Positions 22,001-35,223 are shown, counted from the stretch's first letter. The stretch is DNA of 64,000 nt from Blepharisma stoltei ATCC 30299 (GCA_965603825.1 CBFDEM010000018.1:186001-250000), one strand, 5' to 3'. Notes: generated by a model not told the origin, from the sequence alone. Numbers and translations: made by a program.

Positions 22001-25000
22001 TGATAAAGCATTTTCAAACGCAACAATGGCTTCAAATTCACTGTCTTTTGCAAATTCAAGAGGTATAGAATGGTCAATTGCTTGAGAATTATGCATGATG
22101 CTGAATTCATTTATACCAGTCTTAGCATCGAAAACAGATGGGAGAGAAGCTGGGCCTGAGCACTGATAAATCGAAGTGATTTTGTTAAACTCTGTCATAG
22201 AAATGATTTGAAGATCCATTTCAAAGCTTGGGCACAGCCTTCTCGAAGGCAGAGCTGCATCACTATAATAGCTGATTTCCAATAAATAGCTTCCAGGCTT
22301 TATTTTCTTATGTAGTCCACTGCTAAATTCTTCAGCTGTCGCCTTTTCAACACTCTCCACAATGCTCTCAGCCGTCATCAAGTTTATTTCAAACGTAATT
22401 TCTTTTTGTGGAACCACAAAAACCCTTATAATTGACTCTTCATCAATTACAAAATCAAAAAGAGTTGCCCCCATCAATACATCTAATTCCAGTTCTTTAT
22501 GCCAATGCAGGTTTCCTGTTTGGATTTGTCCAACTAAATTAAGTGACCCAGGCTGGTCTACATATGAACAAGTCTCGCTTTTCCTTATCATTGATTCAAT
22601 ATCATCCCATAATGATAGGTCTTCAACTATAATGCTTGTTGAGAATTTCACACAAGACTTGTAGAGGGATTTCCCAGACTCTTTGAGAACTAAGGTATAC
22701 TCTCCTTGGGTTAATGGGAATGCTGGCAACTCAAATCTATGGGAGGCTTCAAAGCTGCCGTATTCGAGGATCTCTTTTTCTTTGAGGACTTGGAGAATTA
22801 GGCCACTTTGTAAGAAGTCTGACTGGATGTGGCCAGTGAGCAACGCGCCATCAGTTGTGATTTTGAATGGGATTTCAATGTTTAATGGTTTAGCAGACTG
22901 TAAAAATTCATATTGATTTTCATTCATCAGCTGAGAGTAACCTTCAGGGCTATTAAATCCAAACAGGATAGGTCCTGTATTTTCAAGAAAACGCTCAGTC
23001 ATAATTTCTCCTCCAGGGAGCTTCACATTGCAATTCTGCGAAGACCCAGCAGTTAAAGCTGATATTGGTGCAATTTCAATAAGCAAAGAATAAGTATGAC
23101 AAGCATCCTTAGAATTAGGATAATACGAAATTACAAGCCTATAAGTCTGATGCTGCTTCAAAATTTGGTTAAAGCCATAAATTGCCACATCTCTTTCTCC
23201 AGGCGCTCCATCACTTATAACTGTACTTTTTCCCATCATCAAAGCAACCCTCATTGGTGAGCCTTCACTTTCAGCTGCAACTCTAATAAAGCTTTCACTG
23301 TTCAAATAAAATGCAATATCATTGGTAGCGTTTGTATAGGAATTCGGAGCCATCATATTTGGAATAAACACTTTTGTGACTGGCAAATAATCACTTGGAG
23401 TATCTTTTACACCTAATTTGTCAAGGGTATTTAGAGTAGGAGGGAAAAGCTGAGCGTCTTCTTGGAAGCATGGCCATTTTTTTAGCTTGGTTTCAGTGGT
23501 TCCTACAAGTTTTCCTCTTAGTTGAAATGCTCCACAGTGAGGTAAAACTTTATAATTGTCTGGGGAGTCTATATTTTCATAGTCGTTAGTTGTGTATGAT
23601 ATTTCTTTAGAAGTTGGGCCAGACTTGATGCTAAATATATAAGTGCCTGGGGCTAATGCTCCTTGGAATGACCTACGATCATGTTTTCCAAGCTTCAAAG
23701 AATCTGTGGTATCGCCTTTGACTATTTCTGTGTTTTCTCTTGGAAGTCTTTTTTCTAGAGAAATAGTAAAATCGTTGATAACAAAATCTGAATAAATATC
23801 GAAATAGCAATAGGCATATATTGGTAGATAAAATGTGGATTGAAATACAACTTCTTCCCCTTTGGCAACTGATTTTAATGGAACTCTAAAGAAATCTCCA
23901 GGAGTTGAGCTTAAATCTACTTTTGATTTCGTTGAATTTAAATTTTCGCCGATTTTTGCAAATTTATCAGCTAAATCCGAAGTGTTATCTTCACAAGCAT
24001 TCATCCCCAAAAACTCAGCAAATCCTCTAACTGCTTCATTTGGAGATATCCCTATTTCCAATATAAACGTTTCACAAAACTTATGTCTCGGATCATTTAT
24101 TACACTATTCAAAACTCCAAACTCAATTGAATACTTCCCAGGCTGCAGCTCTTTTAGAATCCCTTCACTTTCCCCAATTGCATTGCTTTTTCCAATCTCT
24201 ATCCCTTGACTATTTTTCAGTGAAATATCAATATCGATTCCTGAAGGCTCTACTGTGATTACTCTTAGCACTGAAGGCTTTGAGATTTCAAACTCAGTAG
24301 CTTGTTTTACATTGAGGAAATCTGCTATAACACGATCTGAGTACCGAAGAAAACCATTATCGTCCATAAGTCCTGGAGTATTCAAAGAATGAGGGATGTG
24401 GGCGGCTTCACAATTAAAGCGGTCTTCTCGCTGGATTATTGGCTCAATATTCACATGAAGAGAAAAAGGGATTTTACCGCCTAGAGAATTCAGCATATCA
24501 TGCTCAGCAAGTGTCATGCCAGCATAAAATACAGTAATCGCAAATTTTCCTGCACCAAAGCCAGAGTAAACAGTGACCGCATTTTTGTCAACTCTTCTGC
24601 CAAATAAGCATGAGCCTCTCTTTACACAGTTTAGCTTTGAAAATTTGGTTAGGTTGGTTTTCGATTTTGAAAATAATAAGCCCATTCCTCCTCCAGTTAA
24701 GAAATCATAGTCTAATATAAAGCTTACGAAGTGAAAAAGTTATCTTTCAAAGACCAGTCAAGCCAATATCTTTGAGCTCTTGTGAGATTTCTGGGTTGGT
24801 AAATTCAAAGGTGTTAAGTACTGAATCACCCATCTCAATTTTTGAGGTGTCGAGAATATAAGTGGAATGAGTCCCTGAATAAGGGGTAAAAGATTGAAGA
24901 GTATCGCTAACATCAGATAAATCAGGAAACCCTTCTGCGTAGTTTTCCAGCGATTTAGGCAAAAGTTCTTTCAGGTTTGCATAAGGATGAACTGCAATAT

Positions 25001-25424
25001 TAAAAAACAGATTGGGGAGGTTGCAATCTTTTTCATTTTTCTGGTCTGTTTCATCACTCATGATAGCATTCATTGCTGTCACTATGATAACATAATTTCC
25101 TTTTCCCAATTTATTCGATATCATTAAGAATTCTTCTTGTACAGCACTAGAAGTCAGCATGGTATTGGATCCTTTCAAAATTGATATTTTTAAGTCATGA
25201 AGCCTAGGTTCTGCTGATAATCTATATAGAATTTACCTAATCCATGAGTCTTCTGCTAAAGCCAAATCCCAAGATAAGCTTTCGTCAGGCGCTAAAAATC
25301 GTCCTGAAGTTTCTAGATGTTTCGTGTTTTCAAATGAAGGCGAAAAATAAGAGAGGAGTGGAGGAAGATCTGGAAGGTCACATGCAAACACTGATAGAAG
25401 CTGAAAAAGAATCCATAGTGCCAT
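19025..25424 (-). CDS. Large type I membrane protein (~2,122 aa) with repeated beta-sandwich-like modules and EGF/laminin-EGF-like motifs
   Basis: Signal peptide MALWILFQLLSVFA; introns 25222-25236 and 24712-24727 plus TGA=Trp at 24747 join three ORFs; CxCxxGY(T/A)GxxCxxC motifs; TM helix near the C-terminus; short tail with YENI. Confidence 0.85.
24712..24727 (-). other. 16-nt intron (gtaagctttatattag)
   Basis: Removal joins ...WKITFSL-H-YDFLTGGG to the 1886-aa ORF in frame. Confidence 0.88.
25222..25236 (-). other. 15-nt intron (gtaaattctatatag)
   Basis: Removes an in-frame TAA and joins the signal-peptide exon to the downstream frame (SWIR-LSAEP). Confidence 0.9.
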
Positions 25425-25456
25425 GTTACCGTTTTATAATTAAGTAAATGGGTTTA

Positions 25457-26521
25457 TTAGATATTAGTGATATTAGCCCAGTCTGGGGTCAGTCTAAGTA
25501 GAAGCTCTGGAGTGGCAGCTTTTCTTTCTTCATCTGTCCAGTCAAATAGTCTGGTTGGCCTTTCACCGTTTGGAAGACGAGTTTCTTCATCTCGAAGCTC
25601 GTCAAAAAAGGGATGGGCAAGGCATTCAAGCGCTGAGGGTCTTAGATGGGGAGAATACACTAAAATAGTGGATAGGAAATCAATGACTTCTTGGGAATTT
25701 TCACATTTAAATACTTGCCGCCATGGTGTAGATTTTACATGTGGGAATTTAAACTGGTTGTAGTCAGGGTTCATGTCATGAAGCTGCTCTCTTGTTGGAG
25801 TTCCTAGAAGCTTAATAATTTCTACAAGCTGGTCTATAGCGCTTTCCCCTGAAAATAAAGCTTTTCCTATTACAAGTTCAGCTACAATGCACCCAGCACT
25901 TCATATATCTACTGTAAAACTGTAATTCACTGCTCCAAATATAAGTTCAGGAGCTCTATAATACCTTGAGCATATATAAGACACATTATTTTCGTGAGGT
26001 TTTAAAATTTTGGCACTCCCAAAATCACATAGTAATAGTCTATATGCATAACTATTGATAAGCAGATTATGAGGCTTCACGTCCCTATGACATATTTTTA
26101 GCTCATGCAAATATGCTAAAGCTCTAAATAACTGATAAGAATATAGTTTGACCAAAATCATAGGCATTTCTTGCTTCATTGCAGTGTAGTGTTTTCTTAC
26201 TTTGTAAATGGTTTCAGGTATGTAATCCATGACTATATTTAAGTAGACTTCACCTTCTTGTTCTCCATTGCTAAAAAAAGAATCTCGATAGCGAATGATA
26301 TTTGTGTGCTTTACTTCTTTCATAAGCTCAAGCTCACGGCTTTTATAACGATTGTCTTGTAGGACCTTTTTAATTGCTACAACCTCTCCTGTCTCGACAA
26401 CTGTGGCTTGAAAAATTTCAGCAAAGCTACCTTTAGCAGTAATTTTTAAAGCGCTATAGGTTAGTTTAGGCTCTTTCTCTTCTTCTGTTTTTTGAGAAGT
26501 GTCGATTTGTGATACGATCAT
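25457..26521 (-). CDS. GSK3: Glycogen synthase kinase-3 family kinase (~354 aa)
   Basis: VAIKKVLQD, HRDVKPHN, DFGSAK, SYICSRYYRAPELIFGA; TGA at 25901 occupies the Trp of DIWSAGC; DQLVEIIKLLGTPT. Confidence 0.95.
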
Positions 26522-26761
26522 TAATTATTATCATTGATAATATGAAGTATGGCAATATAATTAAATAAATAATAAGATTTATATCATGTTTTATTTAAGA
26601 AGTTGATTTTTAGTTTTAATTTTTGTGCACATATATTGATAAATATAAGATTTTGACATCTTAAAATACTGGAATTTATGCTTTTTATAATTAGACAAAG
26701 TTTTTATAAAATTTTTTAAAGCTTTTTTCCTTTTTTGAGTAATTTAAGAAAATCTAATTAT

Positions 26762-27874
26762 TTATTCAATATTGGAATTATCGATAGATCCTTTAATGTT
26801 AGCAGGACTTTCGACGTTTAATTTTTCTATGTCTTTTAATAGCTGAACGTTCATAATATAACCCTCATTAACTCTATACATTGCATCATCTCTTGCAGTG
26901 ACAGTCCTCATTGGTGGTATTTGACGAAGTCTAAATTATAATTACCCTCTAACTGTGCTTTGCTGTAAGAAAGCCTTGTCAAATTTTTCTAAATTTGGCG
27001 ATTCTGGGGTTTTAGGCACAGTTTCAAACAGTATTTCTTTTCTACCAGTTGCTTTCCCAAAATTTGCCAGAGTTTTAAGCAATTTTTTGTTAGATCATTC
27101 ATCGAATTTTAAATAAGGCCCTAATAAAATTTTTGGCTCATGAAGTTCTTGTCTTGGGATCATTTTTTTGAAATTTACGGTCTTTATATGTTTTTTAGGG
27201 ATATCTATATCACTAAAATCGATTTTTCTTTGATTAGGAGAAGTAGATGAGCTTATAAACGGCTTTCTCTCAATTTGTACTTTAAACTTTACAGGAGTTT
27301 TAATTTTTGTGTATTTTTCAGGTATCGGACTATTATTCCTCGAAGATTTTTGTAAAACCTGCTCTTGAAAATCATCGAACAGTGATATAGTTCTTCCTAA
27401 ATTTATGTCAAAATTTTTTAATTCTCCATTAGGATCATTCGTCGATTTTACACTAGGAAACGAGCAGCTCATATCGTTGCTAATGCACCCAGGCAAAAAG
27501 ATTTTTCTTTTTCTTGGCTTCACTATTTTTTTCATAAATTTTGGACCTTGATCTTCTCTTGATTTTATTAAATTATATTTCGGGGTATAACTGCCTACTT
27601 TTGGAGACTCTGTTTTATTGCGAAATGCAAAATTATATTTTTCTCGAGAAACGCTCGAAAATGAGGTTGTAGGTCTTGTGTATGTAGAAGATTTTTCATC
27701 TTCGTCTTTTAGTTTTTCTAGTTCTTCAAGAACATCATTGATGTTTGATACTAGGAATGGCTCGCTATGTTTTAGTCTTGGCCTGCGCTTTGGAGTTAAG
27801 TCGAGAACTGGATGAATGTAAGTTGTGGCTTTTCCTTGTTTAGAAAAAAGTGCTTTGGGTTTTAAAAAATCCAT
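26762..27874 (-). CDS. Hypothetical basic protein (~365 aa, 1 intron)
   Basis: TGA read-through at 27095; 15-nt intron 26931-26945 extends the frame to TAA 26762; a single SPKVGSY motif resembles a PGP/SHIPPO-type repeat. Confidence 0.65.
26931..26945 (-). other. 15-nt intron (gtaattataatttag)
   Basis: Matches the consensus of the other introns, removes an in-frame TAA and opens ~55 further codons. Confidence 0.75.
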
Positions 27875-28261
27875 TTATTCAATTGCAATACATCTTTTAA
27901 AGCTAATTTGATTAATTTTTCACTAATAATATTTTATTTTTAAATTCATTTAAAATGCAAAATATTAATAGATTTTTATTTAGAAAGTATCCACACGATT
28001 TCCGACAATTTTTTATCTTTTTTTCTATCGAATTAGCTACTGTATCCGAGGTTGAATAATAAAATAAACCAATATGGCTCACTAAAAATAGCATTTATCA
28101 TTAAGAAAAAAAATTTAATCCCTCAATATCACCTTATCTAATTTCGCTTCAATCCTCTTTTCATAGAATTCTCTAGAAACTAAAAATTTTCTCTAAAAGT
28201 CAATTATTTTAAATAAAATTATAATTTTAAAGAAAAGATTTTTACACAATGTAAATAGTGC

Positions 28262-28690
28262 TTAAGGCAATGATTTCTTCTTACTTCTGCTTTTACTTGT
28301 GTCAAAAAGCATATTAATGGACGATTCTTTTCTGGGGACATAAAGTCTTTCTATGTCATCAAAAAGGCCGCTTTCGTAGTTCTTCGGCATACTTGGACCG
28401 AACTGGGCATAAATGTATGGAAGATAATTTGAATTTTTACTATACCTTGGGCTCATTAAATAGTCTGAGCATGGTGATGTGGAATTGCTATCTATTGGTG
28501 AATTCGTGACGAGTAACTTACTGCTGCTTTTATTCGACTTAATTGCAGGCAAACTGAGCTTATCTGCAAAGTTTGTAGGAGTCTTAATACGACTTGAATC
28601 TGCGCTTGGCTTTTGATTATTAGAAACTACCACAGGGAAGCTTAAATGAAATGAGCGTAAACGTTCACCTAAACGAGTTTTGATACTCAT
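28262..28690 (-). CDS. Hypothetical Ser-rich protein (142 aa)
   Basis: ATG-TAA ORF flanked by AT-rich spacers. Confidence 0.7.
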   Translation of the reverse strand: MSIKTRLGERLRSFHLSFPVVVSNNQKPSADSSRIKTPTNFADKLSLPAIKSNKSSSKLLVTNSPIDSNSTSPCSDYLMSPRYSKNSNYLPYIYAQFGPSMPKNYESGLFDDIERLYVPRKESSINMLFDTSKSRSKKKSLP

Positions 28691-28821
28691 GTGTTTATTT
28701 TTATAATAATAAAATCCATAGTTAGCTGAATATCATGTCGTCATCAGTGAAAATGGTCGGATAAATGTGAATTTGAAAAGTTACAAAATTTAAAAACCTT
28801 AAATTTTTAAATATAATTGTT

Positions 28822-30946
28822 TTAAATAATTTCTGAAATAAATTCCTTTTGCTCAGCAATTTTTCTACACATATCGTCTACATGTGAAACTCTCACAAAA
28901 TTTTGAATTTTCTGTAAGCATTGTGGGCAGTTTATCTCACTTTCATCTGTGCATTTTGCACAAACAATGTGCCCACATGGGTTGATAGCAACTGCTTGTG
29001 CTGCTGTGTTTGAGCAGACGCCACAAGATAAATAAGCATCAAAAGCAGTGAACATTTCTTTGATTTTATCTAAAATAATGGCAATATTTTCTTCTTTTAG
29101 GCATAATTCATCAAGTTTTAATTGGAGATTCTTGAATTGAGGGTTGCTAATTTCAGCCTTTGCTTCATCTATTTGTATTTCTAATTGAGTTATAAGCTGG
29201 GTTTTATTTGTTAATAAATTTTTGAAATATTCTTGGTCTTTTATATATTTTTCTGATTCTTCTTTGCAGGCAGCTAGCTCTATTTCTAGCTGTTGTATAC
29301 GATTTTGATTTCTTGTCTCATCAATCGTAATGTTCAGCTTTGTGATGTCTTTGTCCTTTAGTACCTGAGAAGATTTCAATCTAAAAATTTCTTGTGCATG
29401 GATTGCGTTGTGGTTTTTCTCATTATTTAGCTCCACTTGCAGTTCTCTTATCTTTGATTCCAAGCGATATTCGTTGTTTCTTACCTTTTCTTTTTCTCTT
29501 TCCATCTTGTTTACAGCTTCGCTGAGGCTTTTTTCAAGTTTTAGACTTTTTTGACGAAGTTCTTTATTTTCTTCAATTAGTGTTTTTGCTCTCCCTTTCC
29601 ATTTAGCTACTTTATTTGCTTTTTTATCTAGTTCGCTATAATGGCCTTCTTTCTCATGAGCCTGCTCTTTTAGTCTGTTAACCTCTAAAGTCAGATCATC
29701 AATTTTGATATGTGCCATTTCGAGCTTTTCATTCAATTGACTATTATTTATCTCAAGGTCTCTAAGCCCTTCAGTTATGAATTTTCTTTGGCTGTCACTT
29801 TTCTTATATAGCTCTTCAAGCTCTTTTATTTCAGCTTCTTTGTATTTGTATTCAGTTGAAATATTCTGGATTAATTTTTCATATTTAAAAGTTTCAACTT
29901 GTTGATTTTTTCTCATTTCTTCTACACTGAATACTATTTCTTTTCTAGCTAGCAGAGCTCTATCTAGTTTTTCTTCAGCATCCTGCCTATATTTAGCCAT
30001 TAGAGACATTTGATCAGTTAATTTATAAATCTGGTCTTGAAGAGATTCTGCTTTTTTCTTTCAATCACATTTAGATGGAACAGCTACAGAATTTAAGTTA
30101 GAAAAAATTTCAATTGTCGGCTTTTCATTGTTATTGAAAAATCCAATTATTTCAGTGATCAAAATTGGCTGAATTTGTTCAGTCTCTGTATAATTTTCTG
30201 TGAATTCGACTTTTTTAATCTCTTCGCTGTTCATTAGAATAATTGAAGGCTTAACTTCTTCTAATTCTTGTATTTTATTATTTGCTTCTGATAAATCAGC
30301 TTTTAAATATTCGCATTTCATCTGCAGCTGGATGATTTCATTCTCATATTTTTCTTTTTCATCTTTTATTTGGTTTTCTAATAAATGGACTCTATCTTCT
30401 AAACCTTCATTTTTGACATATAGAGCATTAAGCTCATTAGTGTACTCTGATTTCCTGCTTGTAATTTACCTTATTTTCAAAATCTTTGCCCATTTCATGG
30501 ACTTCAAGTTTTAGTTTTACTAAGTCATTTGTCCCATCTTCACTTGCAATTCCTTCTATCTGATACTTTGATTTATATTCTTCGAAGTTTTTTCTCATAA
30601 GCAAATTTTCATTCAATAAATCAATATTCTTTTCTTTTAATCCAAGTGTTTTATTTTTTTCATCTTTATAAAGCTTAACTAAGCTTTCAAAGTGCTTTGC
30701 TAAAGAATCTAAAGCAACATTTCTTTCATCTAGATCTTTTCGATGGGCTTCAAGCTTAATTTCAAGCTCTTTTACGTAAATTCGATCAGATGTTGGCGAG
30801 GCTAGATCTGGAGTTGTAGAAGAATGAAAAAAGCAAGCTCCACGGTGACTGCAAGTCGAAAGTCTGCCAGTTAATTTTGGTAATGATGGGGAGTGAGATA
30901 TTTTCTTTGTGGTTTTTAAAGGCTTAGGCCGATATATGATATTCAT
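28822..30946 (-). CDS. Coiled-coil protein with C-terminal C3HC4 RING finger (probable E3 ligase); one unresolved splice near 30454-30469
   Basis: RING CGVC...PCGHIVCAKC...CPQC; TGA=Trp at 30061; coiled-coil continues across a frame change at ~30460 that needs an intron of length 3n+1. Confidence 0.75.
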
Positions 30947-31322
30947 ATTATTAGATGAATTCAAATAATGGCAGATAATTAATAAAATATGCGTGTAAAT
31001 AATACTTAGAATAAACTTGAAAAGTGAGTATTATAATATTTATTACATATATATGCATTAATTTGAAGAATTAAATTGCTTTCTGCATTTTCCTGATCAT
31101 TTTATTACTATATATGCTGAAATAAATTTGAACAGAAAACTATAGGTAAAACTTCTTATTTTTCTAAGCATAAAATGAATAGCTAGCAAGTTTTAGCCTA
31201 GTTCATTATCGGATAAAACTTAAAAGACTATATATCTATGATCGCCTGAAAATATATTTCCATATACATAAATAATAAAATCCGGATTTTAGCGATTATT
31301 AAAATCAAGGCTCATAATTTAA

Positions 31323-32717
31323 ATGGGTTGCTGCAGTTCTCACCCAGTGAGTAATTTTTCTAGCAGAGACAAGCACCTCTCATGTGAAGAACAATATTTA
31401 ATTTCCTACACAAATTCAATTATATTTTCAAGTTTTTATTTTGATGATCTTTATACCAAAGCCATAAAGTTCACCGAAGAAAAAATAAACAAAGAAGACT
31501 TGAAAAACTTTTTTTCAGAAGCAAAAATAAAAATCTCTTTACTAGAGCCTGGGTCATCTACATCTGCAATGCTGCAAAAAATGTGTGAAGATAACTGCTA
31601 TGATGTGAAATCTCTAAAGCTATCTTTAATTTTATTAGGGAAAGGAAAATCGTATGATAAATGCATAAAGGTCTTCGAAGTATATAACTTGAATGAAAAA
31701 TCATTTCTAAATAAAAGGACGCTGCTAACGATTTTGCATGATTTAGTGGAAATAATTGAAATGATTTTTCCTGAAAATGTTGACGATTCCCCTACTGTTG
31801 TGAGGTCATATATTAAAGATTACTGCAATAGATTTCTCAATGAAAAATTGCGAACATTTGACAAAATCATTAAAATTGCTTTTAAAGATTCACATGAAAT
31901 ACTCTGTGAGGATTTTCTTAAAATACTGGAGACAAATTATGCATTAACTTTATTATTTGAGGCTAATGGCTTGCGGTTTCTTCTCACTGATGAGGTTATT
32001 TCTCATGAAACATCCACTTTATTCAATGAAATGTATCCGAAAACAAATAAAAATGCATCTCTACACAATTTATTCACTACTTCTCCTTCAGACCGAAACA
32101 TAGAAGGCAAAACCTATGCGAAAAATGTAAAAAATTACTCGATTCAAGTGGCAACTCCAAATAAGCTGCAAGAAAGCATGTTTGAAAAAAGTCTTGATAA
32201 TTTAAATATTAATGTAGCAAAAGATCCATTAGAAAAGCCATTAATTCACCCTATAAGCTTATCAGATTGTGAAGAAAGAAGCAATTCATCAGTTGAATCA
32301 ATAGATATCAATACAAACTCACTAGGATTGCCACAGCCTAGACTTATGAGATCGTCATCTTCAACCGAAGACCTAAGAAAACAACTCTTATTACCAGAAA
32401 CCAAAGACAAGAAAAAAGGGATTTTAAAAAGAGCATCAACAGAATCAACGCCACTATGTAACCTATCAGTTCCAATACCTCAGAAAACTGTCACTTTTTC
32501 TGTTGAAAGTCCTAGAAGGCCAGATGATAGAAGAAAGTCTTCGCTTGAACCAATTATATTAAAAGTGAATTTAGGGGAAAATAAGCTTGAAAATCTTCAG
32601 CTAAACCATGGAGAAAACCCGTCTTTAGTTGCAACGACTTTTGCTATCAGACACGGGTTGAAAAAGCAAGAAAGAGACGAACTTATCAAAAACTTGAGGT
32701 CATTAATACAAGATTAA
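31323..32717 (+). CDS. Hypothetical N-acylated protein (MGCC) with degenerate EF-hand-like region
   Basis: 464-aa ORF; MGCCSS start; FEVYNLNEKSFLN resembles a degenerate EF-hand; compact helical C-terminal domain. Confidence 0.7.
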   Translation: MGCCSSHPVSNFSSRDKHLSCEEQYLISYTNSIIFSSFYFDDLYTKAIKFTEEKINKEDLKNFFSEAKIKISLLEPGSSTSAMLQKMCEDNCYDVKSLKLSLILLGKGKSYDKCIKVFEVYNLNEKSFLNKRTLLTILHDLVEIIEMIFPENVDDSPTVVRSYIKDYCNRFLNEKLRTFDKIIKIAFKDSHEILCEDFLKILETNYALTLLFEANGLRFLLTDEVISHETSTLFNEMYPKTNKNASLHNLFTTSPSDRNIEGKTYAKNVKNYSIQVATPNKLQESMFEKSLDNLNINVAKDPLEKPLIHPISLSDCEERSNSSVESIDINTNSLGLPQPRLMRSSSSTEDLRKQLLLPETKDKKKGILKRASTESTPLCNLSVPIPQKTVTFSVESPRRPDDRRKSSLEPIILKVNLGENKLENLQLNHGENPSLVATTFAIRHGLKKQERDELIKNLRSLIQD

Positions 32718-32989
32718 TTATTTGGTGTTAATTTAGATATTTAATTATATATATGTTTCTTCTTTCCAGTTTAAATCTAAATTAATATTTAATAAAAATT
32801 CAATTCAGTTATATTAATTTTTTATCTAATACTAAAAATTGAAAAATGGTGCAATGGTCTTAGAAAAATCAAAAAGTTCAACAATTAATATTGATGCCAA
32901 AAAGAAAACTTATTTTCAATTATAACACCCTAGGCTGCATTTATATCAGATTTTCATAACTCTTTTTCAATCTAATAAACCCACATAAA

Positions 32990-33607
32990 ATGGACACGTT
33001 ATACCTCACATATCTCGGGATTTTTTTATCATTTATCCTTTGCGTCTCTCCTTTTCCGAACATGATTAGGAGAGCAAAAGATAACGAAATGCATTATGTT
33101 CCCATACATTTCTTATGGGTAAATCACTCCACAAGGATGACATGGCTGTGCTATGGAATTTTGAAAGAAATAGTTCCTTTTATAACGAATTGTGTTATGA
33201 CGGGACTGGCTTCAATTTTGATGCTCATCCTCTACTATTTTTTTACTAGAAGCTTTGCAAAGTTTATAGCCTTATATGTATTGTTTTTGACAGGACTTTT
33301 TGGATTATCATTTTGAATTCTCCCAGTAGATTGGGTAGGAAATCTTGCTGCTACCCTAGGTACGCTAACTTACATTTCAACAGCAAGAAATTTAAGAACT
33401 GCTTTAGTTACATTAAATCTTAAGTTGATTGATTTGCCAATAACATGCGTAGCTCTTTGCAACTCACTTGCATGGGCAAGCTATGGATTGGTAATCATGG
33501 ATTTTCCTTTAATAATTGGATGCTCAATTGGAGTTATAGTATCCATAACTTTGTTAGTAAGTTATGCATGGATTAGATGTAGCAGACTAAAAAAAAACAA
33601 CGATTAA
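32990..33607 (+). CDS. SWEET: SWEET / MtN3-saliva family sugar transporter (~205 aa)
   Basis: Two ORFs joined by TGA at 33314; about 7 TMs; SP.P, WLCYG and WASYG repeats typical of MtN3 halves. Confidence 0.82.
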
Positions 33608-34056
33608 TAAGCATTTAAATTTTTTTCATAATGAATTATAGTTCTAGAATATTAAATGCTTTCAGCTTTCGATTTAATCATGATGAAAGTTTTTTTTTTC
33701 TTGCAAGATTTGTTATCATAAAAAGTCATTATTTTTAGTGTTAAATTTTAAGTTTATAATAGTAAAATTAAATTATGAAAATGAGGTTATTTATAAAATT
33801 TATTTGATAATAATGTTTTTGTAAGAGATATTAAGAGCTTCATTATTTTTTAGGATTATTGAAGTAATTATAATTTAATTATTTGCAATAAAAATAAAAA
33901 TTTCAATTGAAAGTCTTTGAAGATCTAATAAATCATAATTTATGTATGATTTTATTTAATCTAATATCTTTATTGAACGCTCTACAATTTTATAAATAAA
34001 ACTTAAATAATGGATTTAAATATTATAAATATACATTAAAATCAAGCCACTTGAAA

Positions 34057-35130
34057 ATGAAAAACGATGAAGTATTCAATGAAATTTTTGATTCCCACAA
34101 TAAAAGCCTACTTAAATTTTGCTTAATCCACGGAAAATCAGAATATGGATACAAAGAAGAGTACAAGGAAAATATCTTAACAATTAATCAAGGCACATTT
34201 CTAATCCCAAGGAATAATCGAGAGTTCCTCCAATCTACTCATAAATTACTTAATCTTCAACTATTTATATTCAAACACAAACTATTTTTATTAGAAATAA
34301 CAGTCTCTGATTCTCAATCCACAATAAGGAAACTGATTTTTACACACAGTCGAATAGTCATCAAAAATCCTCTTCAGGCAAAACTTCCACATTCAATTAT
34401 CGAGAGAGGATTATGGCAAGACTTATTTCTTGACATTGAATCTCTCTATAATCTCTGCTTTCCTAATAGCACTCTGCAATATATCCAAATGATCTCAATT
34501 ACAGGGACATTTATGCTCAGAAAAATCATGTCAACTTATGATAAATCAATACCTATCCCAGACCAGCATCATTTTTCTGATTTATTTACTTTTAAACCTC
34601 TAATGATAACTTCATTAACTTATCCTCACACAAGCAAGCAAAATCTTTTTGTCGAAATTTCACCAAGCAGAATCCTGGAGAAACATAAATTAAATTCCCC
34701 AAATATGCTTCAAAAAAGAAGTCTGATTGAGATGGAAATAAGTCAATTAAAAGTTGCGCATATGAAAGGAATTAATTTAGGAACAAAAATATTTTTTAGG
34801 AAAAATAAAGCAAAAGCAGATATTGAAGATAATAGGAAGAAAAATAGGAAAATCACCCATAATTATACACGAGAAAGTGATATTGAAGAAGAAATAGAGG
34901 AAAATATAGAAGTTGACATGCCAGAAGAGAATAGGCCATTTATTGGAATAATTAATTCTGAAAGTTGTACGGCAAAAGAATTTTTTAAGCCTCCTGATTG
35001 ATTTTCAGAAAAATTATCTTCAGTGATGAAAATAAGGCATTTTACTCCTCCATTTGTTAATATAAAGGATCTTCAAGGCCAGCAGCTTATTTATAACCCA
35101 GCCTCTAGATTTTACGACCAAGAATGGTAA
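34057..35130 (+). CDS. CFA20 (DUF667) domain protein, CFAP20DC-like
   Basis: LNLQLFI...FLLEITVSD...RKLIF...AKLP...GLWQDLFLD pattern; TGA at 34999 read through to C-terminal LIYNPASRFYD. Confidence 0.65.
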
Positions 35131-35223
35131 TATGTATACTAATTTAAGCGCTAAAAATTTAAAATAAATAATTTCCACCTTATTTATGCTTTTTAAATCT
35201 GAAAATCTTTTATTACTAATAAA

